Positions 1 to 9,584 of a DNA stretch of 64,000 nucleotides are shown here, one piece after another. Below the pieces are notes generated by a model. That model was given only the letters and a program-made list of their open reading frames with translations, was not told the DNA's origin and searched no databases. The stretch comes from a virus (lineage: Duplodnaviria; Caudoviricetes), in IMG/VR virus record IMGVR_UViG_2824139951_000003, positions 1,313-65,312 of that record, one strand, 5' to 3'. How positions within the stretch are numbered: the first letter of the stretch is position 1; each line of letters starts with the position of its first letter. Both the position numbers and the translations under genes were made by a program.

Positions 1-76
1 GTGAGACGCCACGTACCACGACCGCTGTTCGTGGCGTCACTGACCAACTCAACTTCGAGATCGGTCAGGAATGCGC

Positions 77-571
77 TCATTGCTGCACTTTGACCGACAT
101 CTTCGCGGCTGCCACAACTGCATCTGCAGAGGCCCCCGAAGCAACCTCTGTTTGCGCCGTCGACAACGCGCTTTCGTACGTACCTACCAGATTCACGACC
201 AGCTCTGCTGCGGCGAAGCCAGCCTGAATTGCCGTCTGCGTAGAGGCCGGCATCGGGACCGTCGCGACGATCGCGGCCACAGCGGGAATGCCTTGGCTAA
301 TCAGGTCTTGCACGTTGGTGGCCGTGACCGTCGCACCTTCGGCGCACACCGCCGTCACCACAGGTTGATACTTCGTCAGAATCTCGTTGCCCGTTTGGAC
401 GGCGGGAAGCGTCGGATAAAGCGCAGCGAATGCCTTGTAATCGGCAATCGCGGTGTTGGTCGGCGCGCAGAGTGCGGTGGCAATTTGAGCGGGCGTAACC
501 GTTACGGTCGCGCAGCCAGCAAAGGCAACAAGCGCGACAATGCCTGCTGCGAGCAGCATGAGCTTCTTCAT
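77..571 (-). CDS. Lipoprotein in lysis region (possibly spanin-like), 164 aa
   Basis: Start chosen at MKKLMLLAAGIVALVAFAG-C (signal peptide plus lipobox), GGAG RBS upstream. Confidence 0.7.
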   Translation of the reverse strand: MKKLMLLAAGIVALVAFAGCATVTVTPAQIATALCAPTNTAIADYKAFAALYPTLPAVQTGNEILTKYQPVVTAVCAEGATVTATNVQDLISQGIPAVAAIVATVPMPASTQTAIQAGFAAAELVVNLVGTYESALSTAQTEVASGASADAVVAAAKMSVKVQQ

Positions 572-642
572 GAGAACTCCAGTGTTTGCGAGGAGGTCCG
601 GATGTTTAGTCCGGTGGTTTGCCGCAGGCGCGGCGAGAGGGG

Positions 643-843
643 TTACTGCGCGGGAGGAGTTTGCTTCGAGGTGGTATTCGTGACGACGTGGTATAGCCCC
701 AGACCACCGAGGCCGATCTTGATGTTCTCGACATAGTCTGTCGCCGGAACTTTGCCGGTATAGACGAGATACGACCACGCTGCGAACAGCACGCCGCCAA
801 CGATGAGCTTTTGGCTAACGGGCGAGATGTTGCTGAGGTTCAT
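643..843 (-). CDS. Small two-TM membrane protein, putative holin
   Basis: 66 aa, two hydrophobic segments, overlaps upstream stop, precedes lipoprotein. Confidence 0.55.
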   Translation of the reverse strand: MNLSNISPVSQKLIVGGVLFAAWSYLVYTGKVPATDYVENIKIGLGGLGLYHVVTNTTSKQTPPAQ

Positions 844-1361
844 GCTTTCTCCGAGGAAGATTTGCCGCGCAATTTGCTATCTTCGGCCTGCGCATGACCG
901 ATGGCCTTCGTGATTTCGACGCCGGGTTTGACGGACTTCAGAGCCAGCCAGGTAGGCATCGTGAGGTCGTGCACGCCGAGATCGACGCCGCGGTGATGGC
1001 CGCCGGGAACCGGAACGCCGCCAATCTCGTGATGCCCGCAAAGGACCAAAAGGTTACGGATGTCGTCTGGCGACTCGATCGGCTGTTCGCCCATCTTGTG
1101 GGTGTAGCCGTAGGGATCGAAGACGTGAAGGGTATCGAGAACCTTCTCGTGGTCGAGTGCTGGCCACAAACTCCATTCGTGGAGGTGGTGAACCTCGCGC
1201 GCCTCGCGTGATCCACAGATCCAGCATGGGACGTCAAGTTGCTTGACCAACAGTCTTTTGTTCTTGCGGAACTCGCTCGATTCGGTGCGCTCTGCATGGC
1301 CAGGAAATTTCACAATTTCGCGGAACGAATGGGCCTGCTCGTGTGTTTCTTCAACGCTCAT
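840..1361 (-). CDS. HNH-like Zn-binding protein
   Basis: CWICG...EVHH...NLLVLCGHH...HH motif pattern. Confidence 0.55.
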   Translation of the reverse strand: MSVEETHEQAHSFREIVKFPGHAERTESSEFRKNKRLLVKQLDVPCWICGSREAREVHHLHEWSLWPALDHEKVLDTLHVFDPYGYTHKMGEQPIESPDDIRNLLVLCGHHEIGGVPVPGGHHRGVDLGVHDLTMPTWLALKSVKPGVEITKAIGHAQAEDSKLRGKSSSEKA

Positions 1362-1378
1362 TGCGTGTCCAGAAATGA

Positions 1379-1400
1379 GAAAAGCCGCCCTGAGGCGGCT
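1379..1400 (-). terminator. Rho-independent terminator
   Basis: agccgcc-tcag-ggcggct followed by T-run on minus strand. Confidence 0.6.
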
Positions 1401-1421
1401 GTGATGGATGATGCTATTGGA

Positions 1422-3200
1422 TCAGTAAACCCAAGAACCCTTGGCGACCATATTCGTTCCGTTCCAGAAAAACTCCAGAAGGAGTGAAGTATTTGCTGCG
1501 ATGGTCGTTGGTGCACCGCTCGGGAATTGAGCAGCGGGCCATTTGTATTTGGAATCCCAGCTCCCAATTGTGAACGCCCCAGCCGTGCTATTGACGAGTC
1601 GCAAAGTCCATCCAGGTCTGCCGAGCGGAACGAGGGGCTGAAATAGTGTGATTGACGTGATGTTGCCTGTCACATTCACATATTGGTTCTGCTGCCCGAT
1701 TGTTGCGTTATGGCTAAAAGCAGCGTTGTAAGCGCGATTTACCTCAGTTTTACCAAGAGGCTCATGTGCGCCGATTAACAGGATGGTTCCGCTTGTGTCA
1801 ACGCATCTGTACCGGACAAGCGTTCCTATACCAACAAATTGAGGAGTGTTAGCCGCTAACTGGACTGTCGAAAAGTTGTCGTTAATCTGAACCCAGAACT
1901 CCTGCCCAAGCATTGCGCCTGTCACGCCGGTAATATTGAATGCCGTCGTGTTACTAGTCTTGTAAACTTGCGCTCGCGCAGATACATTGACTGTCGCCGT
2001 CGATGTGGGGATCGTGAGGGACTGGATTTCGAGGCCGACAGCAGTGCCAGTGACGATCAGATCTGCACTGATTTGCATGTCCTGCACCGCAAATCCTCCT
2101 TGTTGGAGGCTTCCTGTTGTGTCGGCGCTGATATTGTTGTTCGTGTAATTCGTGCCGCTCACGGTCCCGGCTGTGCCATTGCCGCCGGTCGATCCGCGGA
2201 TGCGCAGACTCCCGCACGTTACGACTCGAATGCCATTCCACGCGTTCCCTGAAAACTCTGTATCGATCAGTATGTCCTGCGTGAGCAAACGAGTTTGGCC
2301 CGTCGCGCCGGATCCGGAGAGAATCGTTGTCTCCAGCGTAACTTCATCGCCGATCATCATTCCGTGTTGCAACGCACCGGAATAACTTCCGCCGATGAAC
2401 CGGATATTCTTGGCTGGCTGAACACCATTCGCATTGGTGATGCTGCGAGTATCACGGCTATAGACGTGAGCGCCGTAATACACTCGCTGACCGACAACGC
2501 AGTCGACAAACGATACGTTCTGCGCACGGCTATACAATGTGTTGCCGTTGATATTATCCGACACAGCAACATACGCTTGCGACGTGATGTCGTGTGCGAT
2601 CATTTTTCGGACAACGACATTCAGGCACTTGATGGCGACGCCATTGGGGCCGCCGTGCATCTCTCCGTTTTCAATCAGATGGCCGCCGCCGGTCGCGCCA
2701 TTCGGGTCACTATTGCTTTGCTCAAAAAGGTAATTGTGATTCGCAGCAAATGTCACCAGACCATCACACCAGATCGACTGCGTAGCCGATCCTATGCCTT
2801 GAACGGCGTTGCCAGAAACGTTTGCGGCCCAAACGCCGAACCTGCGCATCGTCACGTTCTGCTTGTTTCCGACGTCAATGACCGCGGTTCCAACTCCCTT
2901 CAGAACAGATCCGCCAGAGAATACGCCGCCGCCAAGACCGTCCATGGTGTAAGCCGGCTGGACGCCTGTGATGACACAATTTGACGGTGGCTGGAATGCG
3001 TTTGATACGAGATAGGTCCCGGGCGGGATGTAGACGTTTTTCGTCAGGAAAAGTAGGTTATACAGAGCCGTATCGACGGCTGTCGCCCCTGTATTGTCGA
3101 TGCCCGCCCGAACAGCATTAACACCAGGCAGATCATTTTGCTGGGCATAGCGCGCATCGGCGGTTGATTTGCTCAGACCCGGCGCGTCGAGAATTCCCAT
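1422..3200 (-). CDS. Tailspike/depolymerase-like beta-helix protein
   Basis: 592 aa, pectate-lyase-3-like start (GIDNTGATAVD...VYIPPGTYLVS), Gly/Asn/Thr-rich repeats. Confidence 0.7.
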   Translation of the reverse strand: MGILDAPGLSKSTADARYAQQNDLPGVNAVRAGIDNTGATAVDTALYNLLFLTKNVYIPPGTYLVSNAFQPPSNCVITGVQPAYTMDGLGGGVFSGGSVLKGVGTAVIDVGNKQNVTMRRFGVWAANVSGNAVQGIGSATQSIWCDGLVTFAANHNYLFEQSNSDPNGATGGGHLIENGEMHGGPNGVAIKCLNVVVRKMIAHDITSQAYVAVSDNINGNTLYSRAQNVSFVDCVVGQRVYYGAHVYSRDTRSITNANGVQPAKNIRFIGGSYSGALQHGMMIGDEVTLETTILSGSGATGQTRLLTQDILIDTEFSGNAWNGIRVVTCGSLRIRGSTGGNGTAGTVSGTNYTNNNISADTTGSLQQGGFAVQDMQISADLIVTGTAVGLEIQSLTIPTSTATVNVSARAQVYKTSNTTAFNITGVTGAMLGQEFWVQINDNFSTVQLAANTPQFVGIGTLVRYRCVDTSGTILLIGAHEPLGKTEVNRAYNAAFSHNATIGQQNQYVNVTGNITSITLFQPLVPLGRPGWTLRLVNSTAGAFTIGSWDSKYKWPAAQFPSGAPTTIAANTSLLLEFFWNGTNMVAKGSWVY

Positions 3201-3208
3201 GTGCTACC

Positions 3209-3604
3209 TCAAGTAATTGTGATGGCCGGTTGCGCAATAACCGCGCCATTGGCATCTCGCGTTACTGCGGGTTGCGTGATCGTATGTGAGACACTTCCGT
3301 TCACATAGGTCGCATGCCACGCATCAATCGCGCCGGGAAATGCTGTACTGGCCACATCAGTAGTGAATGTCCCAGTCGCACCATCCGGCCAGATGATCGA
3401 GGCCGTAACGATTGCCTCGTTACTATCCCGCGTCGCCGAAACAAGACGAAAAATGTTTCCGTATGCCCAGTTGAGCAGTGACGATTGCTGGATCGTATTG
3501 ATCGTGGCAATTGCAGACGTAAGCTGAGCCTGTACAGCGGGAGAAAGATTTCCGATCTGGACGGTCGTAACTTGACCGCCGATGCTGATGCTAAGCGAAC
3601 TCAA
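3209..3604 (-). CDS. Hypothetical virion-associated protein
   Basis: 131 aa ORF coupled to neighbours; TQPAVTRD motif, beta-rich. Confidence 0.65.
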   Translation of the reverse strand: MSSLSISIGGQVTTVQIGNLSPAVQAQLTSAIATINTIQQSSLLNWAYGNIFRLVSATRDSNEAIVTASIIWPDGATGTFTTDVASTAFPGAIDAWHATYVNGSVSHTITQPAVTRDANGAVIAQPAITIT

Positions 3605-4020
3605 ATTGTCACCTGGCGATCAATGTTGATTGAGCCTTCAATCAGATATCCAACGTTGCCTGCGACATCGGTGTACTGAAGGTCATAAACTCCCAGTGGA
3701 GTAATCCGCGATCCGGCTGAAGTGGTGGGCTGCCCATTGCCCTGCAATGTCGCGGTATCTGTGTGCGAGAAGATGAGCGTGATTGTTCCCGCACTGCCTC
3801 CAAGCGCAATGTAGCTACCAGAAGTAGATGCACTGGAAAGCGTGAGCAGAGCAACAGGACTTCCCAGAAACGCGCGGATCTGCATTTTCATGCTGTATCC
3901 GGTCAGGTTGAGCGGAACCCCGTTATCGTCCAGCCAAGTCATGCTGATCGACGTGTCCGCCCCGGCTTTAAGCGTGAACGAGAATTGGCCTACGGTCGGC
4001 ACATTTGACGGGACCGCCAT
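3601..4020 (-). CDS. Ig-like adaptor protein (tailspike-anchoring type)
   Basis: PLNLTGYSMKMQIR...GVYDLQYTD...LIEG pattern typical of phage fibre adaptors. Confidence 0.6.
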   Translation of the reverse strand: MAVPSNVPTVGQFSFTLKAGADTSISMTWLDDNGVPLNLTGYSMKMQIRAFLGSPVALLTLSSASTSGSYIALGGSAGTITLIFSHTDTATLQGNGQPTTSAGSRITPLGVYDLQYTDVAGNVGYLIEGSINIDRQVTI

Positions 4021-4070
4021 CGTGGCTCCAGAGAGTACATTGGATTATTTGCTACAGAGATATTCTCGGT

Positions 4071-4562
4071 TTATGCGTGTGACGTATAAACCGGCGGGAC
4101 GACGTTTAGCATGACCCCGTGTTCCATGGCATAGCAGAGGCGTTGTGCTCGAGCGCCGACTTGCTTCGCCCATTGCGAATTGAGCATTGCAGCCGCAGCG
4201 ATAGCGTACGAACCGCGTTGAACGGCTCCGAGTGCAGTCTTGAACGTCATCAGACCAGCGACACCTAAATTGAACGCCATGTTCGCGATCACGCGCTGAC
4301 GCACCCCGTCGAGCGTTCTCCACCATGCGAGCTTCGCGTCGAGCTGGGCGAATGTGTTTTGCAGGTCCTGCGTCAGGAGCTGGTTGACTTGCGCATCAGT
4401 CAGCGGGCAAGTCCAGCCGGCGGGGAGCGGTGAGACTGAGAGGTTGTGGCCGACGCCGACTGTACTTCTGGGTGGTTTGGCCGTGTCCAGATACGGCGAA
4501 TATCGAACCCCTTCATCGCGCCGAAGATCGGCGATCAGTAATGCCAGATTCGTCGGGTCCAT
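4071..4562 (-). CDS. Endolysin, T4-lysozyme-like (GH24)
   Basis: DEGVRYSPYLDT...TVGVGHNL, NMAFNLG, SQWAKQVGARA. Confidence 0.92.
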   Translation of the reverse strand: MDPTNLALLIADLRRDEGVRYSPYLDTAKPPRSTVGVGHNLSVSPLPAGWTCPLTDAQVNQLLTQDLQNTFAQLDAKLAWWRTLDGVRQRVIANMAFNLGVAGLMTFKTALGAVQRGSYAIAAAAMLNSQWAKQVGARAQRLCYAMEHGVMLNVVPPVYTSHA

Positions 4563-4583
4563 GTGTCACCTCAAATCAGGTTG

Positions 4584-4919
4584 TTACAGCAGCTTGATCA
4601 ACTTGAAAGCCGACTCAATCCACGAAGGCATTACGCCGTGATCGGCGTAGTAGATGAGCGCGTAGATAAGAAGCCCGGGAATACCCACAGGAATGGCTAC
4701 GTGCTTAAGCAAAAAGCGCCACGCCGCCGCAAGACGGCAGAAGAACCTGACCGTGGCGATACCGTCCTTCCATGCATCCCGCATGAATGCAGTGTCCTCG
4801 GCAATACTCTTCGTTAAGGCTGTGTTCTCTTTGATCGCTTCATCCTGGGCGTTCAGTCTTTCGACGACATGGAGTCGAAACTCGTCGTCGGGCATGGAGA
4901 TCATCTTGTCGGCTTCCAA
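4584..4919 (-). CDS. Membrane protein upstream of endolysin, putative holin
   Basis: Coiled-coil N-terminus and C-terminal TM; start TTG 4919 or ATG 4904. Confidence 0.55.
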   Translation of the reverse strand: MEADKMISMPDDEFRLHVVERLNAQDEAIKENTALTKSIAEDTAFMRDAWKDGIATVRFFCRLAAAWRFLLKHVAIPVGIPGLLIYALIYYADHGVMPSWIESAFKLIKLL

Positions 4920-4935
4920 TTCGGCCCCGGAAATG

Positions 4936-4966
4936 AAAAAGCCCGCTTGAGCGGGCTGAGTTTGTT
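4936..4966. terminator. Terminator hairpin between moron and lysis genes
   Basis: aaaaagcccgc-ttga-gcgggct with A/T-rich flanks. Confidence 0.6.
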
Positions 4967-4971
4967 TGTGC

Positions 4972-5000
4972 TTGACTAATAGCCCTTAAGGGGCTAAATT
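4972..5000 (+). promoter_or_regulatory. Sigma70-like moron promoter with palindromic operator in spacer
   Basis: TTGACT-17 nt-TAAATT; spacer contains tagccc-ttaag-gggcta. Confidence 0.65.
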
Positions 5001-5051
5001 GGAATCGTTGGGTAGCGCAATGCGCAGCCCGCTAACTCCGAAAGGAAGACC

Positions 5052-6212
5052 ATGAGAACCACATTTCGCACGCGCGTACGGCGCGCACTCGGGCATGTCT
5101 ATTCGCTATTCGCCTCCGTCGCCGGAGGATTTGCGGGAACTCAAGAACCGCCTCGGTTATACGGGCGAGCAGATGGCCGATCTCTTCGGTTTGGCTGGCA
5201 ACAACCAGTGGCGCAAGTACACGGGTGGAGTCGAGCCGCGGCCAATGAGCCTGCCTATGCTTTTCCTGGCAGGAGCCATGCTCAACCGGACGGCGACCGT
5301 CGATCAGGTATTCGACTGGTGCCGAAGCGTCGGAGCAGTCATCGACCCGGATACCGCTGGAGAGTCGCAGCAGTAACAGCGCTCTCGGTCTTTTTGGCCG
5401 CATGCGGCGGCGGATCCAAGTCTGTCACGCAGGGCGCAGGAGCCGCGTCCGATGCGCAGCCGATTTCCACCGCTCAAGTTAGCGCAGCGAGTGCGGCATC
5501 GTCGACGACGGCTAGTGCGTCAGTCTCGGCATCGGCACCAGCAGAAGCGTCCAGCGCCGCAGCATCTGCACCCACGCCGGCGTCCACGCCAGTGATCGGT
5601 ATCGTCTACTACGGCGATGATCAGGTTTCAGGTGTGTTCGACGATGCATACGGCAATCTCACGATCACGTCGCCGACTGAGCCCGTAGATCTTCAATCGC
5701 TTCTTCAAGCGCAGTTCTCAGATACTGGACTGACCGTCACGAATGCAGCTTCGGGCGGAACATCCTCGTCGCTCCAGAATGAGTTGGCTGGCACAGATGG
5801 CGGTGGCCAAGAACAGCCAGCGCGGATGATTGCTTCAGGCGCCAAGATCGCAGTCGAGGCGCACAGCATCAACGACTTCTACGGCGGCGAGACCGTCGAG
5901 AACTATCAGGCCTATCTCATCCAGTGGGTTGAGGATGCTCAGGCAAACGGCATCACGCCAATCCTTCAAGAGCCCGCGCCCATCTGTAACGGGAACGACC
6001 CGCAGCAGGCCCAATACGTCGCAGCCATCGATAGCGTCGGGCAGCAGCTCAACGTCCCGGTCATTCCCATCTACACGTACGTGCAATCACTGCCGGACTG
6101 GGCCGCGCACATGCAGGGCTGCGAGATTCCGGACGCATATCTGAACAACCTCGAGGCGCAACAGGCTCAAGCCGTCATCGCGCCGCTCGTCAAGACGCTC
6201 ATCGGGAGCTAA
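5052..6212 (+). CDS. SGNH/GDSL-hydrolase-like lipoprotein (start uncertain; overlaps HTH gene)
   Basis: Lipobox FLAA-C, Ala/Ser linker, YYGDD / NAASGG / SIND / IPD blocks resembling degenerate SGNH motifs. Confidence 0.7.
   Translation: MRTTFRTRVRRALGHVYSLFASVAGGFAGTQEPPRLYGRADGRSLRFGWQQPVAQVHGWSRAAANEPAYAFPGRSHAQPDGDRRSGIRLVPKRRSSHRPGYRWRVAAVTALSVFLAACGGGSKSVTQGAGAASDAQPISTAQVSAASAASSTTASASVSASAPAEASSAAASAPTPASTPVIGIVYYGDDQVSGVFDDAYGNLTITSPTEPVDLQSLLQAQFSDTGLTVTNAASGGTSSSLQNELAGTDGGGQEQPARMIASGAKIAVEAHSINDFYGGETVENYQAYLIQWVEDAQANGITPILQEPAPICNGNDPQQAQYVAAIDSVGQQLNVPVIPIYTYVQSLPDWAAHMQGCEIPDAYLNNLEAQQAQAVIAPLVKTLIGS
5095..5376 (+). CDS. XRE-family HTH regulator
   Basis: EDLRELKNRLGYTGEQMADLFGLAGNNQWRKYTGG. 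Confidence 0.85.
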   Translation: MSIRYSPPSPEDLRELKNRLGYTGEQMADLFGLAGNNQWRKYTGGVEPRPMSLPMLFLAGAMLNRTATVDQVFDWCRSVGAVIDPDTAGESQQ

Positions 6213-6216
6213 CAAA

Positions 6217-6930
6217 ATGAAGATCTTTCATACCGCGATCATCGCGGGGATGGCGCTCGCCCTGACGATCTCTAGTGCTCATGCAGATAGCATCAGCGAC
6301 TACGTCCACCTCGAACTCGGCGCAGGCGTATCCTGGTATCAGACGCTCAGCGATGGGGTCTGGTATCAGCAAGGGATGCAGCACAGCCTCGGCCTCAGCG
6401 CGCCGGTATTGATGGGGGGCTTCACGGGGCCACTCTGGAAACGAGAATCGTGGGGCATCGACTGGCACGCCGATTACGTCTCCCTTGGCCACGTATCATC
6501 GCAGTGCGAATGCACCCCCGACGATGCAAATTACAGCACCCAAACTCATTCGCTCGTCGCCAATCAGAATCCGGTGCCGAACGCTAATTTCGTCGGAAAC
6601 GGCAATGCCCAAGGCATCGAGCTAACGCTCGAGCCCTATGTGCTCTATCGCGGGTGGCGCTTCGGTCTGGAAGGCGGCATCTTTCCGTACCGCCCGTCGT
6701 GGGATGAAACGATCTATGGGTGGCAGGGAGACATGAGCGTTGCTCCGAAAACACTCACGGCGCATACGCCGCGGTCAATCCAGCTCGGCGAGGTCGTCGG
6801 ACTCAATGTTGGACGCGGGCCGCTTACCGTCGCACTCCAGCACTACTTCCTCCCGACCCGATTCGATGCCCAACACTCGCCTGCTATCTGGTCCGGGGCG
6901 ACGGTTTTGATGGTGAAATATCGGTTCTGA
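6217..6930 (+). CDS. Outer-membrane beta-barrel protein
   Basis: Signal peptide (AHA-D), amphipathic strands, C-terminal YRF. Confidence 0.75.
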   Translation: MKIFHTAIIAGMALALTISSAHADSISDYVHLELGAGVSWYQTLSDGVWYQQGMQHSLGLSAPVLMGGFTGPLWKRESWGIDWHADYVSLGHVSSQCECTPDDANYSTQTHSLVANQNPVPNANFVGNGNAQGIELTLEPYVLYRGWRFGLEGGIFPYRPSWDETIYGWQGDMSVAPKTLTAHTPRSIQLGEVVGLNVGRGPLTVALQHYFLPTRFDAQHSPAIWSGATVLMVKYRF

Positions 6931-7121
6931 TACGTCAATAATTGGGCCAATAGTAAACGTAGATGACGAACAGTCCGAATGCCAAAAACAATACTTCTCT
7001 GATCCACGACCGGACGGGCGGGATTTTCATGGGAGGACGCTCCGAGTTTGGTCAACTAGCGCAATGATAAACCATGTGCTAGGCACCCAACTTGCAACGC
7101 CGGCAGAATCCCATCCATCGG

Positions 7122-7496
7122 TCAAGTGTCGGACGGATATGCTGGCTTAGACGGCAAAGGCTGTGTGGCATCGCCTGTCACAGCACCGACGATTGCTCGC
7201 AATGCCTTGCGATATGTCGTCCATGCTGTAGGCATCGCGACGCCATTCTCATAGCAGCGCGCCACGGTTATGTCGGACTGGTCCAACAGCGCTTGCGCGG
7301 AAGTTTTGTATGCCGACCACGAAGGGGAGTCAGGATTGTGCGCTTCATATACCGCCTCGATGGCAGAGACCTGAGCCGCAGTGAGTGACGGAGAAAATAC
7401 AAGCGTCCCATCAGCGCTCCACGAAAAGGCAAGTCCGGAGACGCCAGCCTCTGACAACTCGTCCGAAAATGACGGGCCGATAGATTTTTGTGTCAC
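7122..7496 (-). CDS. Tail fibre assembly chaperone
   Basis: LDQSD...WTTYRKALR...P.KP motif; follows fibre gene. Confidence 0.8.
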   Translation of the reverse strand: MTQKSIGPSFSDELSEAGVSGLAFSWSADGTLVFSPSLTAAQVSAIEAVYEAHNPDSPSWSAYKTSAQALLDQSDITVARCYENGVAMPTAWTTYRKALRAIVGAVTGDATQPLPSKPAYPSDT

Positions 7497-7499
7497 AAC

Positions 7500-8855
7500 T
7501 CAACCTCCGGTCGTAGCTTGAATCACAGAGTTGAAAGAGCCTGTCCCGGAAGACACGAAGCCATAGGCCCACAGCGTGTGTGCACCCTCAGCAAGTGCTC
7601 CCGCAGCCTGCGCGCCGTGCGACGTTACCGTCTGCACTTGATTGGCCGATGTGCTCGTCATCGTACTTTGCGTGGACGCACTTGTGCTGCTGTCGATCGC
7701 CAGCGCAAGGTTCGCTGTCGCGCCCGCCGTGCTATTGCTTGCGACGCCGTTCAAAGTGGCATCCAACGCCTCATCGCCCCATGAAATGAACGTAATGGCG
7801 GGGCCGGTCAGCTGCGCGAGCGACGTGCTCGTTGTCGTTGCTGAGGAACCTGCGCTCCCGATCAGTTTCCGTCGCCTCTGGAACCAGTTCAAACACAACG
7901 GGGACGCTGACGTGTCAGTAAATTGCAGGCTGGCATTCACGAAGACCATGCCGACCAGCGTGAGAGCAGTATTGCCAGTCATCGTCTCAACGCCATTCGA
8001 AGCCGTGCCGTGACCGGTCGTAGAAAGCGAGAGAGTCGGCGCGGCCGTGGTGCCCCCGAGATACACATAGTAGAGCGTATTGGCCGTCAACCCACTTGCG
8101 GTGTATGTGACGCCTGCGGCAGGCAGTTGCAACGGTACGCCGTTGACGATGACGTTGTTTCCGTTGTGCGGCTTGAGCACGAGCGTCGTCGTGCTCGACA
8201 CTGAAAGACGGCATTGTCCGTGGCCGACTTGTTGCAGTTGAACCGCATGCTGGCTAGCAGTAGCGGGAGCGACTTGGAGGGCGCCGCCGAGCGATTCGAT
8301 GATTATCCACGCGCCGTTACCGCTGTTCACGCCGGCTTGCACCAGGTACATCAGGATGACTACGCCGACAGGCAATTCGCCGCCTTGTAGCGGTTGCAGG
8401 CCTAGGCCGTAGATCGGCTTTGCCGCCAGGCCGTCAGGCGCATACGTCGACGCTCCGGTGTTTGCATGGGCGATATTGACGCGTTGCGTATAGCCGGTCC
8501 CGGGAAGAATGGTGAGGGCGGGCGTGTTGGTAGCCGTATAGGCGTTGGCCGCGCCCGTGTCGGTCAGGATTACGGTTTGCTTGGCGGCATTGCGGATGGC
8601 TGAGATCAGGTTTGTTTCGAGCGTCGCAGTCGTGCCGTCATCAACCGAGTTTTGTCCCGACTGATCAGCGATGAATTGCGCAAGAACGGCCGCCATGATC
8701 GACGACTGGCGCCAGACCTTGTTGAGCTGGACGGATTGTGCGATCCCGGACTGGAAGCCGTTCTGCAGAACCGACGTCAAAGCCGCATAGGCGGATTGCG
8801 AAAGAACATTCGCGCTGCTGCCTACCGCGAACGGCAGAAAGTCATTAGTGGCCAT
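7500..8855 (-). CDS. Tail fibre protein
   Basis: MATNDFLPFA...GFQSGIA.S.QLNKVWRQSS N-terminal anchor; VAPATASQHAV. Confidence 0.88.
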   Translation of the reverse strand: MATNDFLPFAVGSSANVLSQSAYAALTSVLQNGFQSGIAQSVQLNKVWRQSSIMAAVLAQFIADQSGQNSVDDGTTATLETNLISAIRNAAKQTVILTDTGAANAYTATNTPALTILPGTGYTQRVNIAHANTGASTYAPDGLAAKPIYGLGLQPLQGGELPVGVVILMYLVQAGVNSGNGAWIIIESLGGALQVAPATASQHAVQLQQVGHGQCRLSVSSTTTLVLKPHNGNNVIVNGVPLQLPAAGVTYTASGLTANTLYYVYLGGTTAAPTLSLSTTGHGTASNGVETMTGNTALTLVGMVFVNASLQFTDTSASPLCLNWFQRRRKLIGSAGSSATTTSTSLAQLTGPAITFISWGDEALDATLNGVASNSTAGATANLALAIDSSTSASTQSTMTSTSANQVQTVTSHGAQAAGALAEGAHTLWAYGFVSSGTGSFNSVIQATTGG

Positions 8856-8866
8856 TCATGGATTCC

Positions 8867-8895
8867 AAAAAAGAAAGGCCGCCCGAAGGCAGCCT
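8867..8895 (-). terminator. Rho-independent terminator
   Basis: aggctgcc-ttcg-ggcggcct plus T-rich tail. Confidence 0.55.
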
Positions 8896-8915
8896 GCATG
8901 CGAAAAGGGTATGCG

Positions 8916-9584
8916 TTAGACGGCGATTACCCAGCCGCCCACGTCGAATCCCGATATGGAGGTTGTCTCCACATCGAAACCAAAAACCGGAGAGCCAACA
9001 ACACTTGGCAAGTAATAGTTATTGATGCCAACGCCTGCGGGACGGAGATTTAGATACCCACCCACAAACAATGCAAGCGTCACAGCGTCAGGCTGCGGTC
9101 CGACCAGGACGATATCCATCGTCATGTCCTGGTTGTCGCTGATAAGAATCGAATAACCCAGCGGCTGGAATATAGTGCTCCACGCGTTGTATGCGTCCGG
9201 CACAGTACCGTCCCAGTTGTTCGCTGCTATCGTTGCATAAAGGAGTATTCGATATTGGGAATCTGGCAGCGAAACGAGGCCTGTCGTCGGATCATATGGC
9301 CCAAGCCATGTGCCCTGATCAAATCCAAGACTGGTTGTGTCAAAACTGAAGTAGACACCAGACAAAGGAACAGACAGTGTTCGCTTGACGCCGACCCATT
9401 CGCCGATGAAGTCGAGCTGCTGGCCAATTGCCGAATCGATGTCGAAAAGACCAGGTATCGACGCCAGCATATTCCGCCGATCAACTCCCCACTGAGCTAA
9501 CAGCGAGACCATAGCCATGAACTTTGGCTTGTCTGCGTGCTCGCTCGTTATGAGTGATGTGTAGTCGGTCAGAAGCGCCGTCAT
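8916..9584 (-). CDS. Baseplate protein (DUF2612-like)
   Basis: ITSEHADKPKF...FDIDSAIGQQLD..GEWVG, DNQDM. Confidence 0.85.
   Translation of the reverse strand: MTALLTDYTSLITSEHADKPKFMAMVSLLAQWGVDRRNMLASIPGLFDIDSAIGQQLDFIGEWVGVKRTLSVPLSGVYFSFDTTSLGFDQGTWLGPYDPTTGLVSLPDSQYRILLYATIAANNWDGTVPDAYNAWSTIFQPLGYSILISDNQDMTMDIVLVGPQPDAVTLALFVGGYLNLRPAGVGINNYYLPSVVGSPVFGFDVETTSISGFDVGGWVIAV

Noticed and set aside
1-76. attL/attR core
   Set aside because: No direct repeat with the other end detected; the window stops at the integrase ATG so att lies outside
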